Origin: Podarcis gaigeae
Lineage: Eukaryota
Strand: one strand, 5' to 3'
Assembly: GCA_964106915.2 (NCBI GenBank)
Contig: OZ066914.1
DNA: 64,000 nucleotides
Part shown: piece by piece, positions 28,497-41,084 of the stretch
Position numbering within the stretch: the first letter of the stretch is position 1
How the letters are laid out: each line of letters begins with the position of its first letter
Position numbers and translations under genes: made by a program
The notes under the pieces: model-generated
What the model was told of the DNA's origin: nothing
Databases searched by the model: none
Seen by the model: the letters and a program-made list of their open reading frames with translations, nothing else

Positions 28497-31400
28497 CTAG
28501 GACAGGGCAGCATTTGCTTGTCGATGAGTTCGCAGACAGTTCGTGGAGCAGAAGGAGAAGTCAAGGTAATGGAAGGGAATGCGGCCCAGTAGCGACTCTC
28601 CACATAGCCAACAGCGCCTATAGAAACCAAAGAGACAGCATGAGCTTGGAGTCATTGTAGTTGGAGATCATGCCAAAAAGGAACACACCACTCACCCACC
28701 TTACCTGGTATTGGTAAGAGTTGCACTGGAGTCTTTTAGTTGGGAAGCAAGTCTCCTCTCAGCCGCCAACGCACGCTAAGAAGCAATACACACATACTAT
28801 TAGGAACAACAACAAAGAACTGTCCCCCAGGGTCTATAGGGAGAAGTGTCTTCATCCCATTGTACAAAATCCTATGTAAAACAAGCTGTTCACTTAGGAG
28901 GATGTGCAAGGATGTTCCACAGCTGGGTCAAAATATAAACGCAATCTGCTTGTATGTCACATACCAAGTCCAGAGTTAGCCATGTTCCTTTTATTTAAGG
29001 GAGCTTGTGGAAACTAAAAACTAAACAGATTTCACCAGAGATCTTCCTAACAGGAGGGCGTAAGTATTTTAGTAAAATACAGCAGAAATGCCGTATGATA
29101 TTTAAGTCCATCAGAATAACACACATGGTTTACAGAGCAGGAACAGACTAGCAGGTTCCAAATTCCTTTCTCAAGGTAACTTTGGCTGTATAGCAAAGAC
29201 TCAAGAAGTAGGACAGATCTGTGAGTTATTCTTTATCTCAGGAGGCCTTTCTTAAATATAGGTCATGTCCATGGAAAAGACAGAGATGCCTATCTAGATT
29301 CAGGACATATCCCAGCATGACAACATTAAGCAAATCTTCAAGATCCTCATTACATTCTAAAACAAAAAAACCCATTCTGGTTGTCTTGCACAGATGGGTT
29401 CAGAAATGGCAACAAAAACACTCCAAAGTGGCCGATGTTGCCTGGTTCAGGATAAACAGTATAATAAGTCTTATCAAGTGTCTTTCTCAGAAGATGCTAG
29501 AACTAGAAGGATATCCACACCAACAGGGATGACCCAATATAACCAACTGTCAGGATAAGGAAAGGAAACAGCAAAATCTTTTCTTTACATGAAACCACAG
29601 CTTCTCTCAGACAACATTGGTCAAGCGAGCTCTCTGTGATCAGCACAGCAGATGATGCCACGTATCATATCAGAAAGCTTGTAGCACCAGAAGTGATGCC
29701 ATTATCTGTTAAGCCGCCTTTTCTTCCTTGAGTCACCTGAGTCTTAGGCTCTCACCTTCTCACGATCACTCAGCAGGGCAAAGCACCGTTTCTCATCCTC
29801 TTCTTGCTCAAGCAGCTGCTGTGCCTCTCGTTTCTCTTTCTCACGCTGCTTCCGCTGGGCCTTTTGTGCTTGGCGGCGTTCTGCCTGTCTGGCTTCCATT
29901 TCTGCCGTCAGGGGTCCAGGCACCTGCAATTACACAGTAGATGTGGATCCAGCAGAAAAGGACCCAGTCCCGGCAGCAAGTAGCCAGAAGAGGTCTTGAA
30001 AGGGGTTCAAGTCTCCCTTTGTTCTGTGTATGCTGCTGTCCTACTACATCTCTGGATGCAAAATCCCTAGACACCATCGAAATTCATTTCCTTCCCATCT
30101 CTGCTCACTCCAATAGCATATTTAAAGCTGGGAGATTTAAACAAACACACACAAAAATCCTTCATACACATACTCAAAGGTATCTTCTACTTAAATTAAT
30201 GCCTGCTTGAGCGAGCATTTGATTAAGAGAAATCCAGGATGCCTTTTGCACTGAGTGTGAGATTCCAGAGAGATATGCAAAGGATGGGTACGGGTGGCAG
30301 GGTCTAAAAGAGCCCCCCACCCCAAATAGTTAAGTTATGTGGGAATTAGTGGAAGGAAGGCAAAAAGGACTCTGGAATTCTTCTTATCAAGCCTTCCCTT
30401 CTTAAACTGCAAGCTGTGCAACTCAAAAACTGTCCAAGGTCAGTAACATACAAGAACAGATAAGGAGTCTTCTGTGGGCAGCTGGCTTGGCCCAGAATGA
30501 TCAACTTGCACTTGCCTTCTATTTATTCACAAGTGTAAGCGCCCACACTAGACACTTTCCAATTCCTCATACATGCACCCAGAGCATTCTTCATACATGC
30601 ATCCACCCACCTGAGCCCGGTCGTAGTCATATTTCTCAGGCTGTTCACCCCTGAACCTTCGGAATTCATTACGAGTTTGTTTATTGGCAGAAACACAGTA
30701 TGGAGGCTGTTCCTGTCTGTCCCTGGGGAGGAAACACAATGTAACTTTAGGTCCAGATCTGTGACCTACACCACAGTTAGGCTGCCATATGTCCAGATTT
30801 CCCCAGAAATTACTGGGATTTCAAAGGGGGAATTGACGTCCAGGGGGAATTTCCAGAAGGCAGCACTTTGTCCTGGATCTTAGGCAAGTCAATCAAAAAT
30901 TCACTTTTGGGGGGTCTTTTGGGGTGCTCTGGTTTTTACTTTTGGAAATATGGCAACCCTAACCACTGTAGAAGATGACACTGCTGGGAAATGGAAGCAG
31001 CATGTGCCACATCACTTTTGTTGCTTCTACAACTGGGTACTGGAAGTGAGAGAGAAGCCCAAACCATCCCAGGCTATGAACAGATTTGAAATTTGTCCCA
31101 GAGAGTGGAATGTCCTCCAGCTTCCTATGCTTGCATAGGTACTTGGACAAAGTGGCCCTCAAGTGTTCTGGCCCTTTGAGAACAACTAATTCTCAATACC
31201 TCTGAAAGACCTGGGCTCAGACTTAATGTGTAACTGAGTCAAGGACAGCTGACACTCAAGAGGAGCAGCTTGAATTTCATGGGGTCAGCAGTTCTGACTC
31301 AAAGAGCAGAAGTGCAACTCAAGAACCAAGTATTAGGACTCTAGGCATCAATATAGTCTTCTCAAGCTAGGCATTACCTAAGGGATGGGTCAGCCCCCAT

Positions 31401-34400
31401 CTCCAACAGCAGCCGCACAACTGTACTCCTTCCAGCTGCTGCCGCCACATGCAAAAGGGTCCAGCCACTCTCATCCAGGGGTGAGTTGAGCAATTGCTGT
31501 GGGGTGATACCATTGCAGTCATCTGCTTTATCTGCTGTGCTATTATCTCTCTCCAGAAGATGCTGTAGTGCCTTCAGGTCTCCCATCTTACACGCTGTGA
31601 ACAAGGCATCTTGTAACGATGTGCTAAGACCTAGAGGAAGGAAGAGTCTCACATTAACCATGAAATATCCATGTTACCTATAAGGGTAAACAGAATGTCA
31701 AGTCTTGGTTTTGCCACTCCCTTAACCAGCACAGGCTTCCAACCTACAATAATGGCCCAAATGGCAAGTTGTTGTAGAACCCCTTATTATAAAACGGAGT
31801 GGGGAAGTGCAGATCTTGCTGACGCTCACACAACCACCCCCAAACTCACCATCATATTTCAGACAATTCTGGGTCTTGGGTGACTCCTCTGTTTTGGGCA
31901 ACAAAGCCTTGGGCTCTTTCACACCTCCTGAAGTCTCAGTGGAGGACTCTGCTTCAAAAGAAAGAACATGCAAGGTGTTGTTTCCTGTCCAGTTCATTTT
32001 AGTCTATCAGTACCATTCTGATCCCTGTCTAGTGAGCACTGTAACTTTGTCTAGAATGACCCAGAAATGCATGAATGATGGATTCAGATGAACTAACCAG
32101 AATGCAGGACCCATGTTCTAAATGCCCACCCCTCTCTCCTAACTTGCTCCAAGTGTCACTAACATCATGGCCAATAGGATGCAGCATGAGGAGAGCAGTC
32201 CCAGAGAACCATCACAGTTTTGTGATGCTGATACTGTTCCACACAAACAGAAAGACAGGAGAACTGCGGTTCCCTTTTTCTGCTTGGGAACAGCCGATCA
32301 TCAACGACACTGCTCTGACTCCAAAGCTGCAGCAGCAGCTCCTGCTTTTAACCTTAAGACTAGAGATGGATGCAGTCCAACCTATAACATTGAGATGATG
32401 CAGATTTAGAAGGGGTAATTTAGAAGGGTGGTTTAAAAGAGCCTTCATTTGCACTCTCTTAAATCTTTGGAACCATCTCAGCTGACACTGACTTCTCTGG
32501 GTCTGCGGTGGCTCCTCTTCAGCCACACAAGTCATCCCATGAAAGGCAGGTAGTATAATGAAATCCAGCACACCTATCAGATTTCACTTTAAAGCCCCAG
32601 TCCTCATGAGTAAAGAAAGCAGAACAAAGATGTGAAAGCACTGCCTTCCAGAAAGTAGAAGAGGGTGGACTCTCTTGCGGGAAGTACAAAACTGATTTCC
32701 CCATAATGCAATGCCCCCTCCTCCCCAACTCTGTCTACAGGAATCCTATGTGTTCTATTTTATCATGTTGGTTGCCATTCTTCTATTGCACATTTTTAAC
32801 CTAGAACAGATTACCTAACAGAGACAGCGGTGCTTCGATCAGGCAAGATGTTGCCATTTCTGCAAATGCTGAATGCAGTTTGTCCCAGAGGTTTGCTTTA
32901 ATGGAATATCCAATGCTTGCACAACTTTCTTCTCAAACGGACTGTATTTCAGTTTCTGGGTTCTAGCTCCTGACTTTCTGTGAACTAAGGTCCCTCTAGA
33001 TTATGGCCCAGGGCCATCATGGCTTTCTTATCCTGGGAGCCTGCATCTTGATAGGAAGCAGCTGCCAAACTGGAGGGCTCTGGTCAGTGTCTCTCAAGGC
33101 AGGCAAATCATTTAGCCATTCTAGAAAGAGAATGCACCCACTATCTGTACTAATAATAGGTCCATTACCTCAGCCACCTACCCATCAATGTTTTTTGTTT
33201 CTTCCTTCTCTTCTTGCGATTTAATTTTGGTTCCGCTTCAAATTCTCGGAGTTCCAGTGTACTCAGTGTCTGCTCCACCAACTCCAGCTGCTGCAGACTT
33301 TTCTCCTCCTCCTCCTCCTCTGGCTTTGCTGCAGAGACTGTAAGAAAACGGTATCATGGTTAAGTCTTTCCTTCTCCGCTTCTGATGAACAAAGTAGGGA
33401 TCATTCAATGAACTTGAGGATTGGGGTATGGAAGGTGATCCAAATCGGCCTATCAGTCCTCCCTCAGCTGAACTGCAGCCACTGTTAGATCACATCCTAC
33501 ACATTAGCAGCCACCATTGCGATTTCAGCATTTTCCTGCCTGCAACCCTCTTTCAAGGACTCTCCATAAAACCATTTCCCAGTGGAGGCAGAATCCCCCG
33601 CTTCACTGCTTTCAGCAGCCCATAGTGGTCTTTCCACCCAATAGCCTAGGTGATTATGATGGTAAAAAGTGAACAAAGCATCTGCAGTGGATGAAGTATT
33701 GCTACAAGGGCAAGGATGGCAAGGCTCTCCAACTCACTAGTGTCTTGACTCTGTGAAGATGCTTCATCCAAAGGGAGGACCTTTTTCCAGCTCTTCCGAG
33801 GGGAGGACATCAAATCTGCCACTGCTGTGTCTTTGCCTGCCAAAAGAGTCAGAATGGTGTTTTCTAGGATGAAAATCCTCTTAGTTCCATACCCTCCACT
33901 CCCACTCCTAATGGCAGGTTTCTAGATAGACAATTCACAGTGGCCCAATTCCAGCAAGAGCAAAGGAGATCAAAGAAGCAAACAAGGTCAGAATAGAGAT
34001 ATGGGAGGGAAATGACACACACACTCCAATACTCCACCCCATCCCTGGACCTCCATATCTCTAGGCGAGAACCAAGATTATAGTCAGAAACAGTATACAC
34101 AAAGACTTTGGAGCATCATTTCAAGTACTTGGGGACTAAAAGCTGTGCTCACCATACACTTGCAGACTGCTCAGAACCCCATGCACCCGTTGCACCTCAT
34201 GGAAGGTGGCTCTCCGGGTGCTGAAAGGAATGCCCCGGATACGGGGATCATCTCGCTGAAGAGGGCCATTTTTGCTGCCAAAAAACCGAGCTCGGTTGGT
34301 GCGAGGGGCACGAAGGAAGATACACTCTGCTCCTTGCAAATGCCCTGTCCAGCTGGCCAACAACTCCTGAATATCCTGCAGGAAAAGAAAAGTATAACAG

Positions 34401-37400
34401 GTAGGCCCATCGTTGTCGCCTTTAGTGCAGCCGAAGTAACCACAATGAAGGCTGAGTTGCATAGGGTCTGAATGTAACCACTGCTCACCTATTTCCAAGA
34501 GATCCCCAGTGCCACTTATAAATAAAATACATCATTTCAAAAGAGAGAATGCAGAAACAGTCTGAATTGTATGGAAGAGCTTCATTTCTCAATATGGAAT
34601 CTGCAGCAAGAAGGGATTACACAGAGATACCCAGTGCAATGCCTTCTAGATGTGGTTGGACTCCAACTGCCATCAGCCCCAGCCAACAGGGCCAATGGTC
34701 AAGGATGATGGGACTCAATTGTTGGACTGCATCTGGAAGACACAACATTGCCTGCCCTGGTATACATCATTGGGACTAGAACAGTCTGTCCTCCTCTTCT
34801 GTCACTGTTTTGATGCACAGACTACTGACAAGAACTGACATAGACTTGCAGTAAAAGTCAACTGCATCTTTCCTTTGTGAAGGCCGAACAGCTTACTCAA
34901 ACAGCAAAGCTCTCAAATAGCCATCGCCTTTCCATTTTGTGGGTTCACCCTTGGTTCTACTAGGGTCCGCACTCACCTTGAGCAAGGCAGCCTCATTGTA
35001 GCGCCGCAGTGTGGCCCCAGCTGATTTTGGCATAGACCCTTGAGCATCTCTCACTCCTTGGGCTGTCCCTCGGCGAGCTCGCACTGTATACCGATGGAAC
35101 GTCTTATGCTCCAGCACCTCATTTCTGGGAAGAAAGTGACGGTAAGCCTACAGCAAAGACCGACATTCAGAATCATCATCTTAGCATGAATGTCTTCACT
35201 AGGAACCAAGTCTAGCCAGGTTTTATCCATACCAGAAATATGGAACCTGAGGCCTTCTAGATGTTGCTGGACTCCAACCACAACTGGTCCCAACTGGAAT
35301 GGCCAATGGTCAGGGATGATGGGGATCTGTAGCCCGACACTATTCAGAGGGCCACAGGTTCCCCACGCTTTTGTAGGCAATATTGAGATGGATGGATCAG
35401 ATGTCTTCGTTCGTGTTAGGCTGAAGTGGCTTAGGAAAGGATGAAGACCTTTTATCTCACATCCTCAAGCTCTCAAAATAGGCTGCTTCATATTGCATGC
35501 ATCCATGAAGACCTCAAGTTTCTCCAGGGAGGAGGTGCTGGTGAGTCAGTATTGAGTGGAGACTGTTTTTGCACACACACATTATGTGGTTGCTCTTGGC
35601 TGAATTTGCTTTGCCTCATCATGATTATGCTTTGCGTCCACTTCTAGCCTTCCTGCCTGATAAACTCCTTGAATCTGGGGGATGGAGAACCTGTGGCCCT
35701 GCAGATGATGTTGGACTACAGCTCCAACATCCACCTGAGCATTGGTCATGTTGGCTGGGGATGATGGGAGTTGGAATCCAACATCAGGAGGGCCACAGGT
35801 TCCTCATCTGATTTGCACCTTGAATGGGGTCCAGCAGATTACAGATATAAAGCACTCTACATTCCCCACCCACCCAATCTCTCTCTTCATGAACTTCCAG
35901 GAAACTGCTTAGTGGAGACCATGAGATGAGCATTAATGCTGGCCTGGAAGCACATGTGGGATCGTAGTTTATCAGCCTTCTGACACAGTCACACTCTTAA
36001 GGCACCTGTTACAGCTCGCAAGTTGACCCGCATGATAGACATCCCCCCTCTGCGTTCTTACCCCTTAAAGACAGCTCCTGCAAAGTGTCCCCCGCCAGCC
36101 ATTAGGATCACCCAGGAGGTTCCTGAGCTCTGTCTCTGAAGGGATGCCACTAGCTCTTCAGGCTCCTCCACACTGCCCTGGATGGACAAAAGACCCCTTC
36201 AGTTAGCGAGAAGTTACTGACTGTGCAATGAGAGCAGCTTTCTGCCCGGCCGTTAAATAGGGATGTGCAGGGTGTTAGCTGGTCCCAAACAGACAAAAGG
36301 ATTTCAAGAGATGTTCCCTTCCCACAGAGTTTTGGAAGTGGGGGAAATGCTTCTTTCATCCTGCAGAAATTCAGGTTTCTTCTAGGAAAGCATCAGTTAC
36401 AAAACAGAAAGCATAGCAGAAAGCATTTTTTAAAAGGGAAATTCCCTTATTCCGAATAGGATTCCTCGCAAGAAAAGGGAAAAGTTGACAGTTATGAGAA
36501 AAAGTAATATCAGGAAAGCAAAATGGGCCAGCTTGATGTTAAAAATTAATGGGCAAGGAAAAGTCAGTCAGGTGACTAGAGGAACTGTGCAGGACTTAAG
36601 AGAGAAACCCACACATTTATGGCAACAAGCCAACACAGTCCCAACTGGCTGAAATTATAACACCTGCTTGGGAGGAAGAGTTTGCAATTAAAGCAAGATA
36701 GGTGGGAAAATTAAGACCAACCACTTTTATGCTTATTGCAACAGACACTAGACTTCCTTTAAAACCTGGCCACGGCATTATCCTCTTGGTGTGTGTGTGT
36801 TCGTGATAGGCATTCATCATTTGGTGACAGACAGCTGGTAACTAAAACAGGAAGAGACCAAAAGCCAGAAAAGGAATGAGGTCCAGTAGGCTCTTTGTGA
36901 CATGCCTTCATAGTGTTTAGCACACAGCGATAGACTGAGATGAGCTGGCCTTGGGCATTTCTGAACAGAACCCGCTGGGAGCGTCGACATGGAGAGGGGC
37001 TCCGATGACTGCCTTCACTGTTGGGTGGTTCAGATTCATTGTCCAAGTCAGAGTCACTGGAATCTGACCCAGAGATGCTGGAGACATCACCTGTGGACCA
37101 AGGCAGTAACAGAAAAGAAAATCACACAGTCAAGAAGGAAGTGCATCATGTAACGGATTCCAGAGATCCTATTTCTGGAATTTTATATCTGAAACTCCTG
37201 CCCACAAGGCAGAAAGACAGAGCATTCTCATGCAAAGAAGACAGTCTGGACTGGTAAAGCTGGAAAATTCTCTATTTAAGACAGCTCAGGACCACAGCAG
37301 GGAGGAAATATATGTGTGGATCTAGACGACTGAGCTCCTTTGGACATACATTTGACTAATGGAGTATGTTGTCATAGCTAGAGTAAAACCAAAGGGGTCA

Positions 37401-40400
37401 TTATAGTAATGAACATTGAAATGAACTAGCATCCAATGCTGGATGAGATTGAGTCTAAAGCACCCATCTGAGACTGATTCCACCCAGTCTGTTAATGAAT
37501 GGCTGTGAAACTGGATGCTTGGAATCTTTGTTATGAGCAAAGGCAAAATGGAGCTCATTAGGACCATCAGAGCTCTTGAGTAGTATTCATAGAATAATAA
37601 ATTGTAGAGTTGAAAGGGACACCAAGGGTCATCTAGTCCAACCCGCCTCAATGGAGGACTCTCAGCTATTGAACCCGTATCATGTGCCTCTCACCTGCTT
37701 GAGTCTTTGCCTCAAATTCTTCAGCTGTGAGCATGCGGTGACCCAGGAGCCGCTGCTTTAGGTTGAAACGATGCCAATCTAGTCGATAATGCTCAGTCTG
37801 CACAGGAAAAGAAAGGGACAGTGGGAGAGCCAACATAGGCCACAGTAGTAACTGGTTCAGTGTTTGGCATCTATATCTCGGGCTACATAGGGCAGGCAAA
37901 AGCACCCCTTTGCAATGATCCTGAAATACCGAGTGCTTAATTAAGGACATAAAACAGTATCTGGGTCAGTCCAATATGGAAGTTGCATATCAGTTATTAC
38001 TATGAGTATAGGGACTACAGTTCCCATCATACAAAATCCTATTTTTGTTGTGATGTGGGGGACTTGAAGTCTTAGGAACATAAGAGCAGCCCTGATAGAT
38101 TGGACAAAAGGTTCATCTTAGTCCAGCATTCTGCTCTCACAGGGGCTCATTAGATACAGCAACTCTCTCCCCAGTTGTGATTCTCAGTAATTGGTATTCA
38201 GACATATTGCCTCCGATAATAGAGGCAGAACATAGCCATTAAGACTGGGTGTCATTGATAGCCTTATTCTCTATTACAGGGGTGGGGATTCTTCAAACTA
38301 TGGGTCTAATTGGATCCACGAGGCTGTTTTCTTTAACATGCCCACTTCCAAACCTCACTTCATATGTGACATGAGATTTGGGGCAGGTAAGCAGATGCTT
38401 ACAAAAGAACAATTGGTAGCTTAAAGTGAGCGCTTGATTGTCCCTTTGCAAGCGAGGCTTGCTGACAATTCTGAGCAGCACTGTTAATAAGCATCTTTGA
38501 AGGCATACTTTGACTGACAGCGCACCTTAAAAAAGCCTTGCAGCAAGTCCCTTTGAAGTCCTTTGCGGGTGCAATTTGAATCCAAACTGCACCTGCAAAC
38601 AGACAGCAAAGAAGCTTGCTAAAGCCACAGATTAGCTGCCTAGCAGTTACAGCTTGGTTAAAGAAATTGGCCTAAGGATCTGGCCTGCAGACTAGATCCA
38701 GTTCCCCACCCCTACGTTTGTCTAACCCTTTTTAAGGGCAACCAAGCTTGTGGCCCTCACTACATCCCAGGAGAAAAAATTACATAGTTATAACTATATG
38801 AAGAAGTCCTTTTGTCTGCCCTGAATCTTTCATCAATCAGCTTTATTAGATGATTCAGAGTTCTAATATTACTTTTTTAATTTATATTTTTATACTTTGA
38901 CATTCAAAAAAGCAAAAATGCCAAAAGAGAGAGAGGGGAGAAAGACTGTGTTATATCAATGAGAAACAATTTTATGAACAAAATTATCCATCACTTTTTC
39001 ATTCAGTACTCAATAAACAAGGGTCATCTCTTGATAAAACAATGTTGCAAGCTGTTACTTATAACTTTCATTTTATATATTAACTGTGGGAGTAATTCAA
39101 CACTGGTTGTTCTGTCAGTGCAAACATTTCAGCTTTGAAGTCCCAACGACCAGCTGATAAATGGGACTTCAGGGTGCAGTGCATGGGATCAAACTACACA
39201 ACACTTTGAAGCCCTGATGATCAACTGATTGTTGGAACTTTAAAGCACTATATCACCAGTCATTGTGAGGTGATTGAAAGTAGAGGTGGCTCCACCCACC
39301 TGTCAAATTTGGCCAGTGCAGAGGGTAGGGTAGGTTAATTTGGGGAGGGGTGTTATTGGGTTGTTGTTGTTGTTGTTTTTAATTATGTAGGTTGTGTTTT
39401 TATATTGTGATTTTATCCTGTGAACCGTCCTGAGACCTGCAGGTATAGGGCGGTATACAAATTGAATAAATAATAGTAGTAGTAGCAGTAGTAATAGAGA
39501 TAAGGATCTGGCCCACTGGCCATATCCAGATTCATGCCCTTGATCTACTGGATACAGTATTTCATCTGAGGACAAGAGACAAATGGATTTTTGCACCATC
39601 CTGTTCCCACAGAAAGCATTGTTCAAAAACATTCAGCAACACCCACCTGCTCCTCTCTATTGTCAAAGGCTTTTGAGCAGGCAGAGCAGTACATCCTGTC
39701 TGACACCTCTAAGATCCTACTAGGTCGATCTGGTCCCTTAGTCACTGTAGTGTACAGAATGAAAATGAACGCAGTTACTGGCAGAAATACAGTTATGTAT
39801 GAAGGAATGTAAATCTTTGTTTAACACAGCTCAAATGTATAACACCTCAGCGAATTCTGAGGGGCTTAAGAATGTGAAAATCCTGATACAGAAGGCTGCA
39901 AATCTTAAACATTAGAATGAAAACCAAAAAAAGGAATTGAGAAATATTGTGTGTGAGAGAATATCACTAACACCTCAATAGGAAGAATCCTGGATGGAAT
40001 ACACAAACAGCCCCAGTATTTAGTTTAAACACAACTGGTTTTAACTAATTGACAAAGATGCAAAATTACTAAAGCGGCACACTGATGATGTCATAAAGTG
40101 ACACACTAACAAACACAAAAGGAAACCATGGTTTCTCATTACATGAATAAGCCACAGAAAGCCTTCAGCTTCCTCTTTTTGTGGTCATGAGGATAAAATC
40201 AGAAGCATTTGATTCCCATTTTAAACTAAAAGTTTTCCAAGATGTTTGAGCTTCGGGAATTGTTGCTTGGTTACCAAGAACAAGCCAAGATCAAACTGTG
40301 GTTTCAAATCTTTATGTGTTTTCACCAACCATAGTTTTAAACTCATGAGTCATGAACTCCGCAAACCTGGTGAACCCTTGACCAGAACCCTTTTCCAGAT

Positions 40401-40538
40401 ATATGGCCCTTTAAAAGCAGTACCTGAAATGGCCACCGATGTGACATCTCCTGATGATTCAGTTACAAGGCAAAGTCCATTCATTAAAGCTGCATTCTGA
40501 GCTGCATCAAACACAGACAAGGTCTCAGCAGGCTGCAT
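28497..40538 (-). CDS. ANKZF1: ANKZF1/Vms1 ribosome quality control tRNA endonuclease, ~688 aa
   Basis: Coding exons: 40538-40424, 39744-39647, 37797-37695, 37090-36906 (GC donor), 36177-36062, 35124-34977, 34375-34153, 33836-33738, 33337-33182, 31948(or 31951)-31850, 31630-31378, 30722-30611, 29923-29756, 28775-28705, 28617-28497; 2067 nt in frame. C2H2 finger, VLRF1 domain [17 protein letters not shown], ankyrin repeats, [12 protein letters not shown]-terminal treble clef RCWLC...FCSTNC. Confidence 0.93.
30778..30961. mobile_element. hAT-type MITE
   Basis: TIRs TAGGCTGCCATATGTCC / GGAAATATGGCAACCCTA; 8-bp TSD ACCACAGT / ACCACTGT (1 mismatch). Confidence 0.8.
34641..34757. mobile_element. 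Palindromic MITE family copy
   Basis: ccttctagatgtggttggactccaactgccatcagcccc ... gatgatgggactc ... catctggaag. Confidence 0.65.
35242..35365. mobile_element. Palindromic MITE family copy
   Basis: GGAACCTGAGGCCTTCTAGATG ... AGAGGGCCACAGGTTCCCC. Confidence 0.75.
35677..35808. mobile_element. Palindromic MITE family copy
   Basis: GAACCTGTGGCCCTGCAGATG ... CATCAGGAGGGCCACAGGTTC. Confidence 0.75.
38075..38870 (-). mobile_element. CR1-type LINE 3' fragment interrupted by a DNA transposon
   Basis: taggaacataagagcagccctg...ggttcatcttagtccagcattctg resembles a reversed CR1 3' end; CR1-like sequence resumes after 38714. Confidence 0.55.
38277..38714. mobile_element. hAT-like non-autonomous element nested in the CR1 fragment
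   Basis: Termini CAGGGGTGGGGA ... TCCCCACCCCTA; TSD not recognisable. Confidence 0.55.
39340..39500 (+). mobile_element. LINE (L2-like) 3' end with microsatellite tail
   Basis: tgtgaaccgtcctgagacctgcaggtatagggcggtatacaaattgaataaataatagtagtagt, typical of reptile LINE 3' ends. Confidence 0.55.
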
Positions 40539-40866
40539 GATCTGAGGGAGAAAGAGAGAGAAAATCAGCAAGCTTTTTTGGAAAGGGACCCTTCACTCCT
40601 ACAGTTAACAACACATCCAGCTGTTATATCTCTATATTCAATAAGGAGTTATGAAAAATCTCCTTTGTCCTCAAGGGACAAACACAAAAAAACAGCCCCC
40701 ACCTCCCAGGGCTGGATTTCTGTGTCTGTAACACACAGAAAGTATAATTTTTACAATACGTGTAGCTTTCTCCTATTTCTCCTATTGACAATGAAGATGC
40801 ACCCTTCATTCTCCTTTCTATGGGCAGCAATTCATATGATTCCAAGTCTATACCAGATATGACATA

Positions 40867-41084
40867 CAGTGGTACCTCGGGTTAAGTACTTAATTCGTTC
40901 TGGAGGTCCGTTCTTAACCTGAAACTGTTCTTAACCTGAAGCACCACTTTAGCTAATGGGGCCTCCTGCTGCCGCCGTAGCATGATTTCTGTTCTCATCC
41001 TGAAGCAAAGTTCTTAACCCGAGGTAATATTTCTGGGTTAGTGGAGTCTGTAACCTGAAGCGTATGTAACCTGAGTTACCACTG
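40867..41084. mobile_element. Tc1/mariner-superfamily (Tigger/pogo-like) MITE, 218 bp
   Basis: TIRs CAGTGGTACCTCGGGTTA / TAACCTGAGTTACCACTG with TA target duplication on both sides. Confidence 0.88.

Noticed and set aside
30564-30606. Short direct repeat TCATACATGCA in an ANKZF1 intron
   Set aside because: Two-copy local duplication with no sign of function.
32815-33120. Possible extra ANKZF1 exon with a good acceptor and donor
   Set aside because: It would leave a 61-nt intron and has stops in all three frames; the CDS is complete without it.
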